Source: Candidatus Undinarchaeales archaeon (GTDB taxonomy: Archaea; SpSt-1190; JASMDC01). From it: a DNA stretch of 64,000 nt. The stretch is from the NCBI GenBank assembly GCA_030753015.1, contig JASMDC010000001.1, positions 64,001 to 128,000 of the forward strand. Reading direction: 5' to 3'. Shown piece after piece: positions 27,587-39,500 of the stretch. The translations under genes were made by a program, and so were the position numbers. A model generated the notes under the pieces. The model worked only from the letters and a program-made list of their open reading frames with translations. It was not told the origin of the DNA and made no database searches. Numbering within the stretch: position 1 is the stretch's first letter; each line of letters opens with the position of its first letter.

Positions 27587-28552
27587 GTGACCCCGCAGGA
27601 GCTCGCGACACTTCGTCCCCGAAAGCGGACGTTGGTCCTGGCATTGGTGGTCAGCGCTCTCATATTCGTTCTGCTCCTCCTTATGGAGGAACGAGAGGTC
27701 CTGCTCACGACACTGGGGGACGCGGACATCACGTATATCGCTTTCGCTGTGCTCGCCGACATACTGGTCATAGTACTGGTCACGTGGCGCTGGCATGTGC
27801 TCCTTGAGCGCCAGGGCGTGCGGGTCCCATTCGCGCCCGAACTCGACATGGTGGCGGGCTCCATCGCGCTCAACAATGTCCTCCCTTCAGGCCGCATCGC
27901 GGGTGATCTGGTCCGCCCCATCCTCCTTGAGAAGGGATTCGGCGTCCGAAAACGACAGGGGTACGCCAGTGTTTTCGTCGACAAGGCCTTCGACTTCGGC
28001 TTCGCCTTCCTCCTCACCACCGTCTTCCTCGCGTACCTTGCGGTCTCAAGGGGTCTGGTGGGATGGTACGTCGTTGCCGTGTCGATTGTGCCGCTCCTCG
28101 TGCTCGTGGCGGTTGTGCGCAACCTCGACCTGCTCGAAGGCATCGCTCTCGGCAGGCTCGGGCGTGAACACCGGGAGGTGGTCGAGGACGTGTTCATCGA
28201 GCTCCGCACCCTGCTCCACGATCCATCCACCCTGACCGTATGCGTGCTCTGCACCATCCTCTCCATCGTGTTCCTCACCATCCGCACATGGTTCATCCTG
28301 GCAGGGCTGGGCGTGGAGAACGTGGGAATGGTGGTCTGCTGCATGATCGCCATCCTAGAGACCATGCTCTCGTCCGTCCCCATCACGCCTGGAGGTCTGG
28401 GTTTCGTGGAGGGTGGCCTCGTCACCTTCACCGCAGTGCTGGACATCGCCCGGGGACCGACCTTCACCGTCGTGGATAGGTTTATATCATATTGGCTTCG
28501 AACCGTGTTCGGGCTCTCACTCCTGGGGAGGTTCAGCAACAAATGGACCTGA
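27587..28552 (+). CDS. UPF0104 / lysylphosphatidylglycerol synthase TM (flippase-like) protein
   Basis: RWHVLL, NNVLPSGRIAGDLVR, PITPGGLGFVEG, DRFISYW. Confidence 0.9.
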   Translation: MTPQELATLRPRKRTLVLALVVSALIFVLLLLMEEREVLLTTLGDADITYIAFAVLADILVIVLVTWRWHVLLERQGVRVPFAPELDMVAGSIALNNVLPSGRIAGDLVRPILLEKGFGVRKRQGYASVFVDKAFDFGFAFLLTTVFLAYLAVSRGLVGWYVVAVSIVPLLVLVAVVRNLDLLEGIALGRLGREHREVVEDVFIELRTLLHDPSTLTVCVLCTILSIVFLTIRTWFILAGLGVENVGMVVCCMIAILETMLSSVPITPGGLGFVEGGLVTFTAVLDIARGPTFTVVDRFISYWLRTVFGLSLLGRFSNKWT

Positions 28553-29502
28553 GCGAGGTTTGGACAGAAAAATATAGGCCACGGTCACTGAGCGATGTGG
28601 TAGGGCACGCCGAGATAGTCGCCCGCCTCAGAGGATTCGTAGAATCTGGATCGATACCGCATATGCTCTTCGCAGGGCCTGCTGGAACGGGTAAGACCAC
28701 GACAGCCATCGCCGTGTCTCGCGAGCTCTTCGGCGACCAGTGGCGCTATAACTTCCTCGAGAAGAACGCGTCCGACGAGCGCGGCATCGACGTGGTCCGC
28801 TCCACCATCAAGAACTTCGCCCGCACGAAGGCCATCGGCACCGCCTTCAAGATAATCTTTCTGGACGAGTGCGACGCCCTCACAAGGGACGCCCAGAACG
28901 CTCTCCGGCGTACTATGGAGAATTACTCGCTCACCTGCAGGTTCATCCTGTCCTGCAACTACTCCAGCCGCATCATCGATCCCATCCAGTCGCGGTGCGC
29001 CGTCTTCCGCTTCGCAAGGCTCACCCCCGACGGCGTCAAGAAGATGGCCGAGCGCATCCGCGACGGCGAGAACCTGAAGATGGGCGATAAGGCTATGGCG
29101 GCCGTCGTCGACCTATCTCGGGGCGACCTGCGTCGGACCGTGAACGTGCTCCAGGCATCTGCCGCCCTGGGTAAGGAGATCACCGAGGACGAGGTCTATC
29201 AGATTACCTCGGAACTGAAGGGTGGCGAGGTGCGAGACGTGCTGACGACCGCCCTAGAAGGCGATTTCCTGGTGGCACGGGGCAAGCTCCAGGACCTGAT
29301 GATAACGCGCGGCATGGCGGGGGAGGATGTTGTGCGCGCCATACATCGGGCCGTCCTTGTGCTGGATGTCGCCGAGGAGACTAAGGTCACCATCCTTGAC
29401 CGGCTCGGCGAGTACGAGTTCCGCATGGCCGAGGGGGCTAACGAGTACATCCAGCTCGATGCTCTCCTGGCGAACCTCACCATCCTCGGGAAGCGTTCGT
29501 GA
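28543..29502 (+). CDS. rfcS: Replication factor C small subunit
   Basis: WTEKYRP, GPAGTGKT, NASDERGID, LDECD, SRC. No intein. Confidence 0.97.
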   Translation: MDLSEVWTEKYRPRSLSDVVGHAEIVARLRGFVESGSIPHMLFAGPAGTGKTTTAIAVSRELFGDQWRYNFLEKNASDERGIDVVRSTIKNFARTKAIGTAFKIIFLDECDALTRDAQNALRRTMENYSLTCRFILSCNYSSRIIDPIQSRCAVFRFARLTPDGVKKMAERIRDGENLKMGDKAMAAVVDLSRGDLRRTVNVLQASAALGKEITEDEVYQITSELKGGEVRDVLTTALEGDFLVARGKLQDLMITRGMAGEDVVRAIHRAVLVLDVAEETKVTILDRLGEYEFRMAEGANEYIQLDALLANLTILGKRS

Positions 29503-32500
29503 CCATGACCCGCGCGACCCTCTTCGTGGTCCTGCTCCTTCTTACGGTAGGGCAGGCAGCGACCGTGACCATCGAGTCGGCGGATGCCTTCGCGCTCCCC
29601 TCGGCGACCGCACTCTTCATCAACGCCTCGCTCGAGGGCTTCCTCGCGTTCACTCCGTCCCTCACACGTCTGAGCTGTGGCGGCTCGCAGGTGCGGACCG
29701 TCTTCTTCCTCACGCCGCCGGTGGCCGGGATACCGAGCCGGCTCAAGGCCGCGGCAGTCATCCCGGGGACACCGCCGGGCCAGCTGGCGTGCCACCTGAC
29801 CGTGGGCTCGCCGGGCCTCCAGGGATCGGTCGATATCGATGCGGTCGTCTCTGCTCCGGGAGGGGGATTGAGCCTCACTCCCATCCTCCTATTCGACAAC
29901 ACCACCGGTTCCGCAAAGCTTACTCCCGGCACGTCCGCCCCCGATGTGTACACCGGTCTGTACAAAGAAGGGGAGACTGCACCGTTCAAGGGGCTCTTCG
30001 ACTACACATACCATTGTGGGAAGCTCGGTGTCGCCGCCATACCGTGCAATGAGGAGATCGCGTGGTCAGCGGTGAGCCGGGAGGACGCCAAGGGACTGGA
30101 GGCTGTCGTGCTCGCGCGCTCTGGAACTGCTGTTGGGTACGCCCGGGCACGGATGCTCTATCGGGGGATCATCGTATCCCTCAACGCCGAGCTCATGTCA
30201 CGGTCCCTGGTAGCTGACACCGAGCGCATGGTGGAGGAGGTGACCTACGAGGACAGGGTGTATGGTAGGCGCCAGCTCAACCTGACCATCCTTCCCTACA
30301 TGGACGACACACTCACTCTGGTGACTGAGCTGCCTTCGGGGACACGAACGGACAGCGTCACCGTACACACAGGCCGGCCCCTCATCATCGGCACCGTGAT
30401 CGAGACCGACCAGCCGGGCGACGTCCACTACTCCATAGAGTCGACCACCTATCGGTACGTGTGGAACGCCACACTCACCTATACCGCGGGTAGGTCCTTT
30501 GAGGTCGAGGCACCGGACCCGGTGACCATCTACCCGGGAGAGCGAACAGGGCTCAGGTTCAATGTCAAGAACCTACGGTCCGTCCCGGGACTGCGCGTAT
30601 GCGCCGAAGCGGACGGGTTCAACGCGACTGTGTCGGGTGCGACATGCCATGGATGGGACCTCGCGCCGGGGAAGGACATGGAGGTCGAGGTGGTCGTCGG
30701 GTACGACCGGGGTCCAGGTGGGAACGTCACGGTCTCCTTTCAGCCCCCCGAGTCACCCGAGGGTGCCGTCTCCATCGCTCTCGATATAAATCCTGGTGAC
30801 TTCCGGGATTATGAAGGTACGATCGGCTGCGAATGGCTACTGGGGCGTGTGCGATGCCTGTTCGATATAGCACCCTCGGGCACGCTCGAGGACCGATTCT
30901 ACTACACGATCGCACCTGCTGCAATGAGCTCAGAGCCCATGTTCATGTCCAAGACGCTCAGCGGGCCTGCAGACAAGGATTTACTGCTCTACGATATCGC
31001 AGCCGACGACCGCGAGCTGGCACAGGACGTGGACCTGCTCCACTTCTACGTATCCCTGGCAAAGACGGAGCCCCTCTTCACAGAGACCCCGGAGTTCACC
31101 GACGTGCTCGCTCTCGCGGACAGTGTGCGGGGCGACATCGACCGGTACAATATCGATCCCGCCGTCAAGGAGCCCGTCTACCAGGCGCTCGCCAGAGCGG
31201 TCGCGCGGGAGACACCCCTGACCGATGTTCTCGAGCCGTTGACCAGCTTCCGCAAGGAGATGCTCAACGCTTCGGTCACGATGCTCGCAAAGCGCCTGGA
31301 CGTGTCCGTCAAGGTCGTGATGTGCAACCGTCCCTATAAACGGGCCGGCGCGGCGATCGTGCGCTGCATCGCCAACGAGACGATCCTGGACGCCCGTGCA
31401 TCGGTCGATTTCACGGTGACGGCGCCAGCGTCCGTCTTTGCCCGCCAGGGTAGAGAGATCGATATCCCGGTCACTGTGATCAGCTCGCTCGCCAATCCCG
31501 CACCATTCGTCGTGCGCCTCTCCTCTGCCTCCCGTGAAGCCATGGAGAAGGAAGGGACGGTGGACGGGTCCCGGACCTTCACATTCAAGGTGACCGAGAG
31601 TGAGCTCGGGGACGTCCAGTTCCATGCCTCCGCCTTCCCGTCGGGACAGGACGGAGTGGGTCGGACGACGACCGTGCTCCTACACGTCTCGGACGAGCGT
31701 TACATCGCGCTTGAGACGATCGAGGAGATAGGGTGCACCATCCGTTCTGGTTCTTGCGAAGTTCAGGTCCCGGTCACCAACCGGGGCACAGATGAACAGC
31801 AGGTGAACATGGACATCGCACCGGGAAGCGGGGCCGAGCTTGCAGCGGTCCCTCCCGAAGTGCTCGAAGTGGGGGAGACGATGAACCTCACCGCATCGAT
31901 CTCGGGTTTCAACAAGACCGGGGAACAAACGTGCGTGCTCCTTGTTGTACCGGTGGGCAACGAATCCCTCGCTAACCGCGTCACCGTGCGCGCCCGCCCG
32001 GTGCGGTCAGAGGTGGACGTGCTCATGCCCGAGGAAGTGAGCGATGGTGCCTACATCACGATCCGCAACAAAGGTGAAGCTCGTGAGGATATCGAGATAC
32101 TTGTACCGGACGAGGCCTATTCGTGCGTCTACCTAAGCAAGGATGGCGAGTTCACCATGGAGCCCAACCGTGACGAGCGCGTGAAGCTCGCACCGGGCGA
32201 GTCCTGTCTGTCCGATACCATCAAGCTTACCGTGATGGTGAGCGGTCAGGCCCGTAACTTCACGGTGAAGGTACCGGGCGTAGCAATCCGTCCGCCGGAG
32301 GACGATGATGATGGTAACGATACGAATGATAGCGATGAGGAAGGGGGCACATGGGTTCCACAGCCACCACCTTCTACAGAGGATGAAGGTAGCAGCAGCC
32401 TGAGCTATCTCATCATCTTCTTGCTACTGGTGGCAGGGGGTGCCGGTTACCTCAAGCTCCATCAGGCCAAGGCCACCGCTACGACCAGCCTCACACCGGC

Positions 32501-32609
32501 TCCCGGTGGCAAGGCCGAGACGGCAACGGCCGCGCGGGCGGCAGGGCCAAAGTCCTACTACACCAAGGCCTATAGGACGTACTACACGTACCGGCCCCCT
32601 CCGCTCTAG
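29499..32609 (+). CDS. Large single-pass surface protein with Ig-like beta-sandwich repeats
   Basis: Signal peptide, VxNxG-type CARDB-like segments, NxS/T sequons, acidic linker, TM YLIIFLLLVAGGAGYL, Tyr-rich tail. Confidence 0.8.
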   Translation: MTMTRATLFVVLLLLTVGQAATVTIESADAFALPSATALFINASLEGFLAFTPSLTRLSCGGSQVRTVFFLTPPVAGIPSRLKAAAVIPGTPPGQLACHLTVGSPGLQGSVDIDAVVSAPGGGLSLTPILLFDNTTGSAKLTPGTSAPDVYTGLYKEGETAPFKGLFDYTYHCGKLGVAAIPCNEEIAWSAVSREDAKGLEAVVLARSGTAVGYARARMLYRGIIVSLNAELMSRSLVADTERMVEEVTYEDRVYGRRQLNLTILPYMDDTLTLVTELPSGTRTDSVTVHTGRPLIIGTVIETDQPGDVHYSIESTTYRYVWNATLTYTAGRSFEVEAPDPVTIYPGERTGLRFNVKNLRSVPGLRVCAEADGFNATVSGATCHGWDLAPGKDMEVEVVVGYDRGPGGNVTVSFQPPESPEGAVSIALDINPGDFRDYEGTIGCEWLLGRVRCLFDIAPSGTLEDRFYYTIAPAAMSSEPMFMSKTLSGPADKDLLLYDIAADDRELAQDVDLLHFYVSLAKTEPLFTETPEFTDVLALADSVRGDIDRYNIDPAVKEPVYQALARAVARETPLTDVLEPLTSFRKEMLNASVTMLAKRLDVSVKVVMCNRPYKRAGAAIVRCIANETILDARASVDFTVTAPASVFARQGREIDIPVTVISSLANPAPFVVRLSSASREAMEKEGTVDGSRTFTFKVTESELGDVQFHASAFPSGQDGVGRTTTVLLHVSDERYIALETIEEIGCTIRSGSCEVQVPVTNRGTDEQQVNMDIAPGSGAELAAVPPEVLEVGETMNLTASISGFNKTGEQTCVLLVVPVGNESLANRVTVRARPVRSEVDVLMPEEVSDGAYITIRNKGEAREDIEILVPDEAYSCVYLSKDGEFTMEPNRDERVKLAPGESCLSDTIKLTVMVSGQARNFTVKVPGVAIRPPEDDDDGNDTNDSDEEGGTWVPQPPPSTEDEGSSSLSYLIIFLLLVAGGAGYLKLHQAKATATTSLTPAPGGKAETATAARAAGPKSYYTKAYRTYYTYRPPPL

Positions 32610-32613
32610 CGTA

Positions 32614-33480
32614 TCAGAGGCACTTCACGACCAGGCACCCTCTCGGCACTCCTAGTGCTCTCGCGACCGGAGCGCATTTAGCCTTGAGGAGGTAGACTAG
32701 CCGCCCCTCCACCCTTTCATGGAACTCGCTCATGGTCTCGAAGTTACCCATGCCCTTGGCCACGATGACGTCGGCCTCGTCCAGCGCCTCGATGAAGGCA
32801 GGGTCGGCCTCGTCCAGGTTGACGCCCACCGAGTCGCCGTCGGACACCACTTCGGGGAATCCCATGGCGCGGGCTTCAGCTACGGTCACGTCGTTGAGGA
32901 TGGGGACGCCCTTGGCGACGGTCGTCACGCGTATTCCCGCTTCCACTAGGCGCTTGGCCAGGAGCAGATCGAACACACACTCACCGTGGTTGTCCAGGAT
33001 CAGCAGCACCCACTGGGCCTCATCGAGCCTCTCGAACAGCTCGTCCGTGTCGTCCACACCGAAGGGGGTCGTGAGGAGCTCTCGAAAACCCCCGGCAAAG
33101 TCGTTGACATCGAAGGCGTAATCGGCGACACCGAAGTCCATGGCATTGCCGGCGCACAACACGCGCACCAGAGCTCGCCGCTCGTCCTCGGACCTGCCAA
33201 TGAATGAACGTGCCTCGGGGAGGAGCGTTTCTGCCACCTCGTCCGAGCGTGCCTTCAGTTCTCGGAACGGGTCGGGACAACCAGAGAGCCGGACCACGGT
33301 GCGGAACCGGTGAGTGCCCACTTCGGCGGCCACCTTACTGCCGACCTGGGCATTGTCCCGGGCCCAATGACCGAACTCCTCCTGGCACCTGCGATGGACA
33401 TCCTCATCGTCCGAGGCCAAGCGCGCCTCAAACACAGCCCGGTCCATGAGACAGGGGATGCACTCATCGGCCAGCTTCAT
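32614..33480 (-). CDS. ARMT1/DUF89 damage-control phosphatase
   Basis: ECIPC, AGNAMDFG, DNHGECVFD, PILNDVT, KGMGNFE, KAKC. Confidence 0.93.
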   Translation of the reverse strand: MKLADECIPCLMDRAVFEARLASDDEDVHRRCQEEFGHWARDNAQVGSKVAAEVGTHRFRTVVRLSGCPDPFRELKARSDEVAETLLPEARSFIGRSEDERRALVRVLCAGNAMDFGVADYAFDVNDFAGGFRELLTTPFGVDDTDELFERLDEAQWVLLILDNHGECVFDLLLAKRLVEAGIRVTTVAKGVPILNDVTVAEARAMGFPEVVSDGDSVGVNLDEADPAFIEALDEADVIVAKGMGNFETMSEFHERVEGRLVYLLKAKCAPVARALGVPRGCLVVKCL

Positions 33481-33525
33481 GCGGCCGGGTGAACGAACCG
33501 CAGGTTAAATGGATTACGGTAGCGA

Positions 33526-36500
33526 TCAACCGGCCGACGGTTGGCCAGTTACCGGAGTCTGTGCCGTCCCATTCTGCTGTGCCTGACCTGTACCGGCCTG
33601 AGGTGTTCGGGCAACGTTCGATTGGGAACCATATGAACCGTAGTACCGATTGGCATAGTAGGAAGAGCGCATGGCCTTAGTGATCTCCACGACAAGGTCG
33701 GACAGCAGCCCTGTCCCCATGGCGGGTTCCTCAGCCCTGGCCACGAGATTCATGTTCCACCCGGTGGTGGCCTGGTACACGGACACTTCCAGTGAGACCC
33801 GCTTCTTGGAGAACTTGCCCCGACCGGCCCATATGGCCTTCCCGCTGAACATGCTCGATGCTTCACGGACGACATAGAGTGGAGTGGTCCTCGCCTCGAT
33901 TGCAGCCCAGGCCACCCGCCAGTCCGAACCCAGGTTCACCGCGTGTGAGAACGACTTGTACTTCCCGAACACGCTATCGTACTTATCGGGTTCCACCTCA
34001 TAGCCCTCCAGAACGGGGCAGACCGAGGACACCTTCACCGGCTTGACGTTCTGGGATTTCATCCTGCCCCGGTCGTCCTTGTAGGTCACGACCCCGGAGA
34101 TCTCACCCGACACGCACCGGAGCGGGTACATCTTGAAGATGGCCGACTGGAGGTCCCCGCTCTCAAGGTCGCCGAGCATGTAGACGTTGGACTCGGGCTC
34201 GAGGTATGCCAGGGCCGCAGGTGAGGTCAGTTCGACCTTAACGTCCCGGAGCGGGAACGTGGAGCCGTTCTCCACCTTGACGAATATCTTGAGGAGGGCC
34301 CCTTCCCGGTCCATGCCCCGTTTCACTACGACCCTCTCTTCGCCCAATGTCTTTCGCTTCACCACGAGGAAGAGACCAATGAACAGCGAAGCTCCGATAA
34401 TGACGAGCTCGACATGGTCCTTGATCTCCTCGACGAACTTGATCCAGTCGATGTGGTCGATGCAGGACCTTGAGATGCTGGTGATGCAGGTCTGGAGGCA
34501 GGGGATGGTCCCCAAGCTACAGATATGGGTCGTTGATAGTTCCAGGGCCAGGGTATTACCTCGTTCCATGGCAACCGCGTCCTCGCCTCCAAGGGAACGG
34601 GAGATGTGAGTGAGGTTCTCCACAAGGACCGTGCGCTCGTCGAAGTCCATCTTGTCCAGCTTGCGATGGTTCACGAGGGTGCTGTAGAGCTCCTTGAGCA
34701 TGGTGCGTGTCTCATCTTCCGACGTAGCAATCGAACTGAGGAGGAGCTTGTCGATGTTCTCTGCGCTCACACGCCGACATACCTCGAACTTCTGGGCGAA
34801 TTCGCACCGGTCGCAGAACACCGCCTCTCCCTGGAAGCAGCCACGTGTCTTCTCGTCGTACCCATAGCATCGTATCTCCTGGGTACGGCAGCAGTCCTCG
34901 ATGCACCGTCGCTGTGGAGCATCCTCGTACCGCTCGCAGAAACCGTCGCCGCACTCGGGGCATCGGGTTATCCCCATGAGGAACCGATCCTCGCAGCACA
35001 CGCCCTTCTGCATGATGCAGGAGCCCGCGCAGAGCACACCACCCCGTTCCACCTCACATGTAACTTGTGAGCAACTTGCCATGCCCTGGGACCAGGTGTT
35101 GTTGCAGCATGCGCCCAGCTGGGGGGGGAAGCACTGACCGCCGCAGCAGATCTCACCCTCACCGCACTCGCCATCGTCGCCGCAAGAACGGCAGACGTTA
35201 TCATCGCACATGGGCAGGGTCCGTGTGCAGTTGGCCGAATTGCAGCACTGGCCTTGCTCGATCCACGAGTTGTCGCAGCATACCCCCTGGCCGAGCCAGC
35301 ACTGGTCGCCGCAGAAGGAGAACCTGCCCTTGCATACCTTGGAGCATTGATGGTTGTCGCACAGGAACGTACCACAGTCGTTGTCATTGCAGCAGTCGGA
35401 ACCCTCGATCCACGTATCGTCACAGCAGTTGCCCTCTGCGGTGTACCACTTCTCGTCGCAGCACGTGCCCTCTCCCTCCTCGCACCGTCTCCCGCAGGGG
35501 GTGAATCCTTCCTGGCACTCGATGGCCGAGCATCTGTGGCCGCTCACGAAGCAGGTCGTACCCTCGGTACAGTCCACGTCACCGCAGCATACGTCGTCAC
35601 CGGTGTACCAGGAGTCATCGCAGCACAGCCCCTGCCCACCGTAGCATTTACCTCCGCAGCACTCGCTATCGGGTCCGCACTCGATGGACGCCGTGCAGGA
35701 ACGGCAGATGGAGATGTCACCATCACAGACAGGACGGTCGTGCGGGCAGTCCTGGTCGCCGCAGCATGCGCCGCTCTTGATCCAGGTCGAGTTGCAGCAC
35801 ACCCCGTCGCCCATGAAGCAATTCCCGCCGCATCCCTTGAACCCGAAGCGGCATGTTCGCGAGCAGGTGAAGTCCTCTTGGCAGGTATAGTTACCGATGC
35901 ACTCAGCGTCCGAGCAGCAGTTCCCCCCGGCAGTGAACGCGCCAGCGCAGCAAACACCGGAGGTCGAGTTCCAGCGCTCCAGGATGTCGTCACCGCAGCA
36001 TTGCTCATCGACCCATCGAGCGTTGATGCCTCCCTTGCACTGGCAGGAGAACGGATCCCCATCACCCTCCGGATTGGCGCACGCAGAGCACCATACCTTG
36101 CTGCCCTGGGTGCACGTGGTACCGTCGCAGAAGGTGGTGCAGTTCCCGAACAGACAGGCCTCGCACTCCTCGCACAGGTCCCGCTGTACGAGCCCCTTGA
36201 GGCAGCGAGCAGTGGCACCGCACCAATTGTCCTTCTCCTTATCGTCCCCACAGCATCGCCCGTCGATCCACTCGCCCCCGTCGCATTCACAGCTGCGGGC
36301 ATCGTTGTCCCCGTCCTTGCTGCATAGGCTGCACCAGGCATCGCCCCGACAGTTGGTTGCTTCACATTCGAGGGAGTACAGGCACATCTTCGATGGGCAC
36401 TCGTCGGAGGTGCACACGCACTGGCTGTTCGTGCAGACGTCATAGGGTGATTTGGTGCAGCTATCGCTAGTGAGACAGGGCTCGTCGCTGACGCCCCACC

Positions 36501-39500
36501 GGCCGTCGAGACAGAGTCCACCGACACCGGTCCAATCCTCGCCCTTATCGTCACCACAGCACATCTCCTTCTGGTCGGCGGTCGAGATGTGCCAGCTCCC
36601 TATCTTGCATGAGCACGAGTCCTCGTTGGCGTCCCCGTCGGAGCTGGAGCATGCAGTGCACCAGTCGTCCGTATCTATGGCACAGGCATTGCCGGTGCAC
36701 ACCCGGTCGTAGGAGCAGCGGTTTGCCGTGCAGCTCTCCGATGTGCACGACGCGTACGGGCGCTCGAGACAGTCGCTCACGAGGCAGCAGTTCCCACCGT
36801 CGGCCCAGGTGTTGTTGCAGCAGACACCCGTACCAACCTGGAACTCGCCACCGCAGCAAACGCCCTCTGTGCTGTTCCAGTACTCGGTGGCGCCGTCATC
36901 ACCGCAGCATTGTCCGTCCGCCCACGTGGCCTTTGTCAGGCAGTTCGAGCAGAAGTGCTGGTCATCGTCCGGGTCGGTGACCGCGGCCCATGCACCTGCG
37001 CTGCAGTATCCTCCAGCACCGCACCACTCCTCGTCGGGATCATCCCCGCAGCACGCAGCGGTCCGATCCGCAGTCGAGAACTGCCAGGTCCCGCTCTTGC
37101 ACGTCCGGCAGTACTCTGCGTCCAAGTCGGCGTTCCCATCCTTGACGGCGATCCAGCTATCGGTCTGACAGTACCCGGTCACCCCGCACCAGGCCTCATC
37201 GGGGTCATCCCCGCAACAGCGGTTCTCCCGCCACGCGAAGGATGAGCATACCTCGCAAAAGCGTGCGTTGTTGTCGGGATCGCTCCCTGCGACCATAGTC
37301 CAGGCACCTGCATGGCAATAACCGGTGAGACCGCACCATTCCTCGTCAGGATCGTCACCGCAGCACTGGTTCTCCCTCCATTCCTCTTTCGCGCACATCA
37401 CGCACGAGTAATAGTTGGTGTCCCCGTTCGAGGAAGCGCACACGGAGCATTCCATATCGGAGCAGCTTTCGCCGGTGGAACCGAGCACGTCGATCTCGCA
37501 CTGCGAGTAATCGCATGTGGACCATCCTCCTTCCTCGCAATCCGTGAATCCGCTGAAGTGGCACTTGAGCGCCTGGGCATCGATGTAGTTATCACAAAGG
37601 GGGTGGCTTGAGCTGGATTCCTTGTACTCGCAGGGGCGGGTCCAACCACCTACGGCGCACCCGGTGAGACCGCTGAAGTAGCAATTGTTATCGACGGCCT
37701 TTGGCAGACAGGGGGGTTTTGTCGGATCCGAGCTCGCGAAGGCACAGGAGGCCCAGCCGTCCTTGGTGCAGGAGGTTGAGCCGTCGAACTGGCAGGTACC
37801 CCCGACGGCGAGGGGCGGGCATGAGGATTTGTCACCGGTCTCCTGGGCGTACTTACATGCGGACCATCCGTCGTTCGTGCACAAGGTACCGCCACCGAAG
37901 TAGCATAAGCCGGCCTCCTCATAGTGACCGCAGGCCGGTCTTTCGGTGTCTTCGTTATAGTCACATGTGGACCATCCGGAGCTTGAGCATGACGTGGTGC
38001 CCCGGTAGTTACAGGTCCGGCCCGAGGAGTAGTGGGGGCAAGCTGGCTTCGATGTGTCGATGGTGTACTTGCAGTCCGACCAACCGTCCGTTATGCATGT
38101 AGCAGTGCCACTGTGACGGCAGTTCGTGCCAGATGCCTCGGATTCGCAGGCAGGTCTGCTCGCATCCTGCTTGTTGAAGGTGCAAGCAGCCCAACCGGAT
38201 GCGGTGCATTGGGTCGAGCCATCGAACTGACATACGTCCACCTGGGCCACGGGGCCACAGTCAGGCTTGTTAGGTTCTTGGGATGTAAATGTGCAGCTAC
38301 CCCAGCCCGATTCAGTGCATGCGGGCGAGCCCCCGAACTTACAGGTGTTCCCGTCCTCATCGGGCGGGCATGCTGGTCGCTGGTGGTCGGAGCTCGTATA
38401 TGTGCACTCGGACCACCCATCGGCCCCGCACTGTGGCGTCCCGCCATAATAGCAGATGTTACCGTCCGTGTACGGAGCGCACGCGGACCGCTGGGTATCG
38501 CTCGATGTGTATGCGCAGGCGCCCCAGCCCGATCCCGTGCACGAGGGTGCACCACCAAACTTGCATGTGTTGCCCTCGGGCTTGGGCGGGCATGCTGGTC
38601 GCTGGGAGTCGGACCCGCTGAAACTGCATTCTGTCCATCCACCGCTCCCGCACGAGGAGCTGCCCTGGTAGTAACAGTAGGTGCCCTCCGTTCGAGGAGA
38701 GCAGTCAGGGGGGTTCGTGTCGGAGTAGTCGAAGGCACACGCCTCCCATCCGCCGATCCCGCATGTAGCGTGCCCGCTGTATCGGCACGTGTTGTCCAAG
38801 GGAGAGGGATTGCATGTAGGCTTGTTCGTGTCGGTCAGCGAGTAGGTACAGCTCGACCACCCGGATGTCGTGCACTGTGCGTTTCCGCCATAGCTACAGG
38901 TGTTCCCCTCGTCCTTTGGCCCGCAGTCGGGTTTGCCGGCATCCTGGTGCGCGAACTCGCAGCCAGACCATCCCGTGGTGGAGCATGAGGTGGATCCCGC
39001 ATAGCTACATGTGTTCCCGACCGCCTTGGGGTCACAGTTCGGTGGATTACGGTCCGTGTTGTCCGAGCAGGACGTCCATCCTGAGGTGCCGCACTCACTT
39101 ATACCGCCGTAATGGCAAGCGTCCCCGTCAGCGGTGGGGGTGCAGGTGGGGCGTGAAGCGTCCGATGCCGAGAATGTGCAGCTTCCCCATCCGCTCGTGG
39201 TACAATCCGTGGTGCCCTGGTACTGGCAGGTGTCACCCACGGGCTTTGGACCGCACGCTGGCTTGACGCTGTCCTGAAGGCTGAAGAGACAACCGGTCCA
39301 GCCCGATTCGCTGCAGGAGGTGCTGCCCGAGTATCGGCAGGTGTCCCCCACGGGATCGGGACCGCACAAAGGTTTGTTGGTGTCTTGGTACGTATGGGTG
39401 CACTCGCTCCACCCGCTGGAACCGCACCGCGTGTATCTCCCGTAATAACATGTGTCGCCCGAGGCGATGGGATTGCAGACCGGTTTTATTAAATCGGAGG

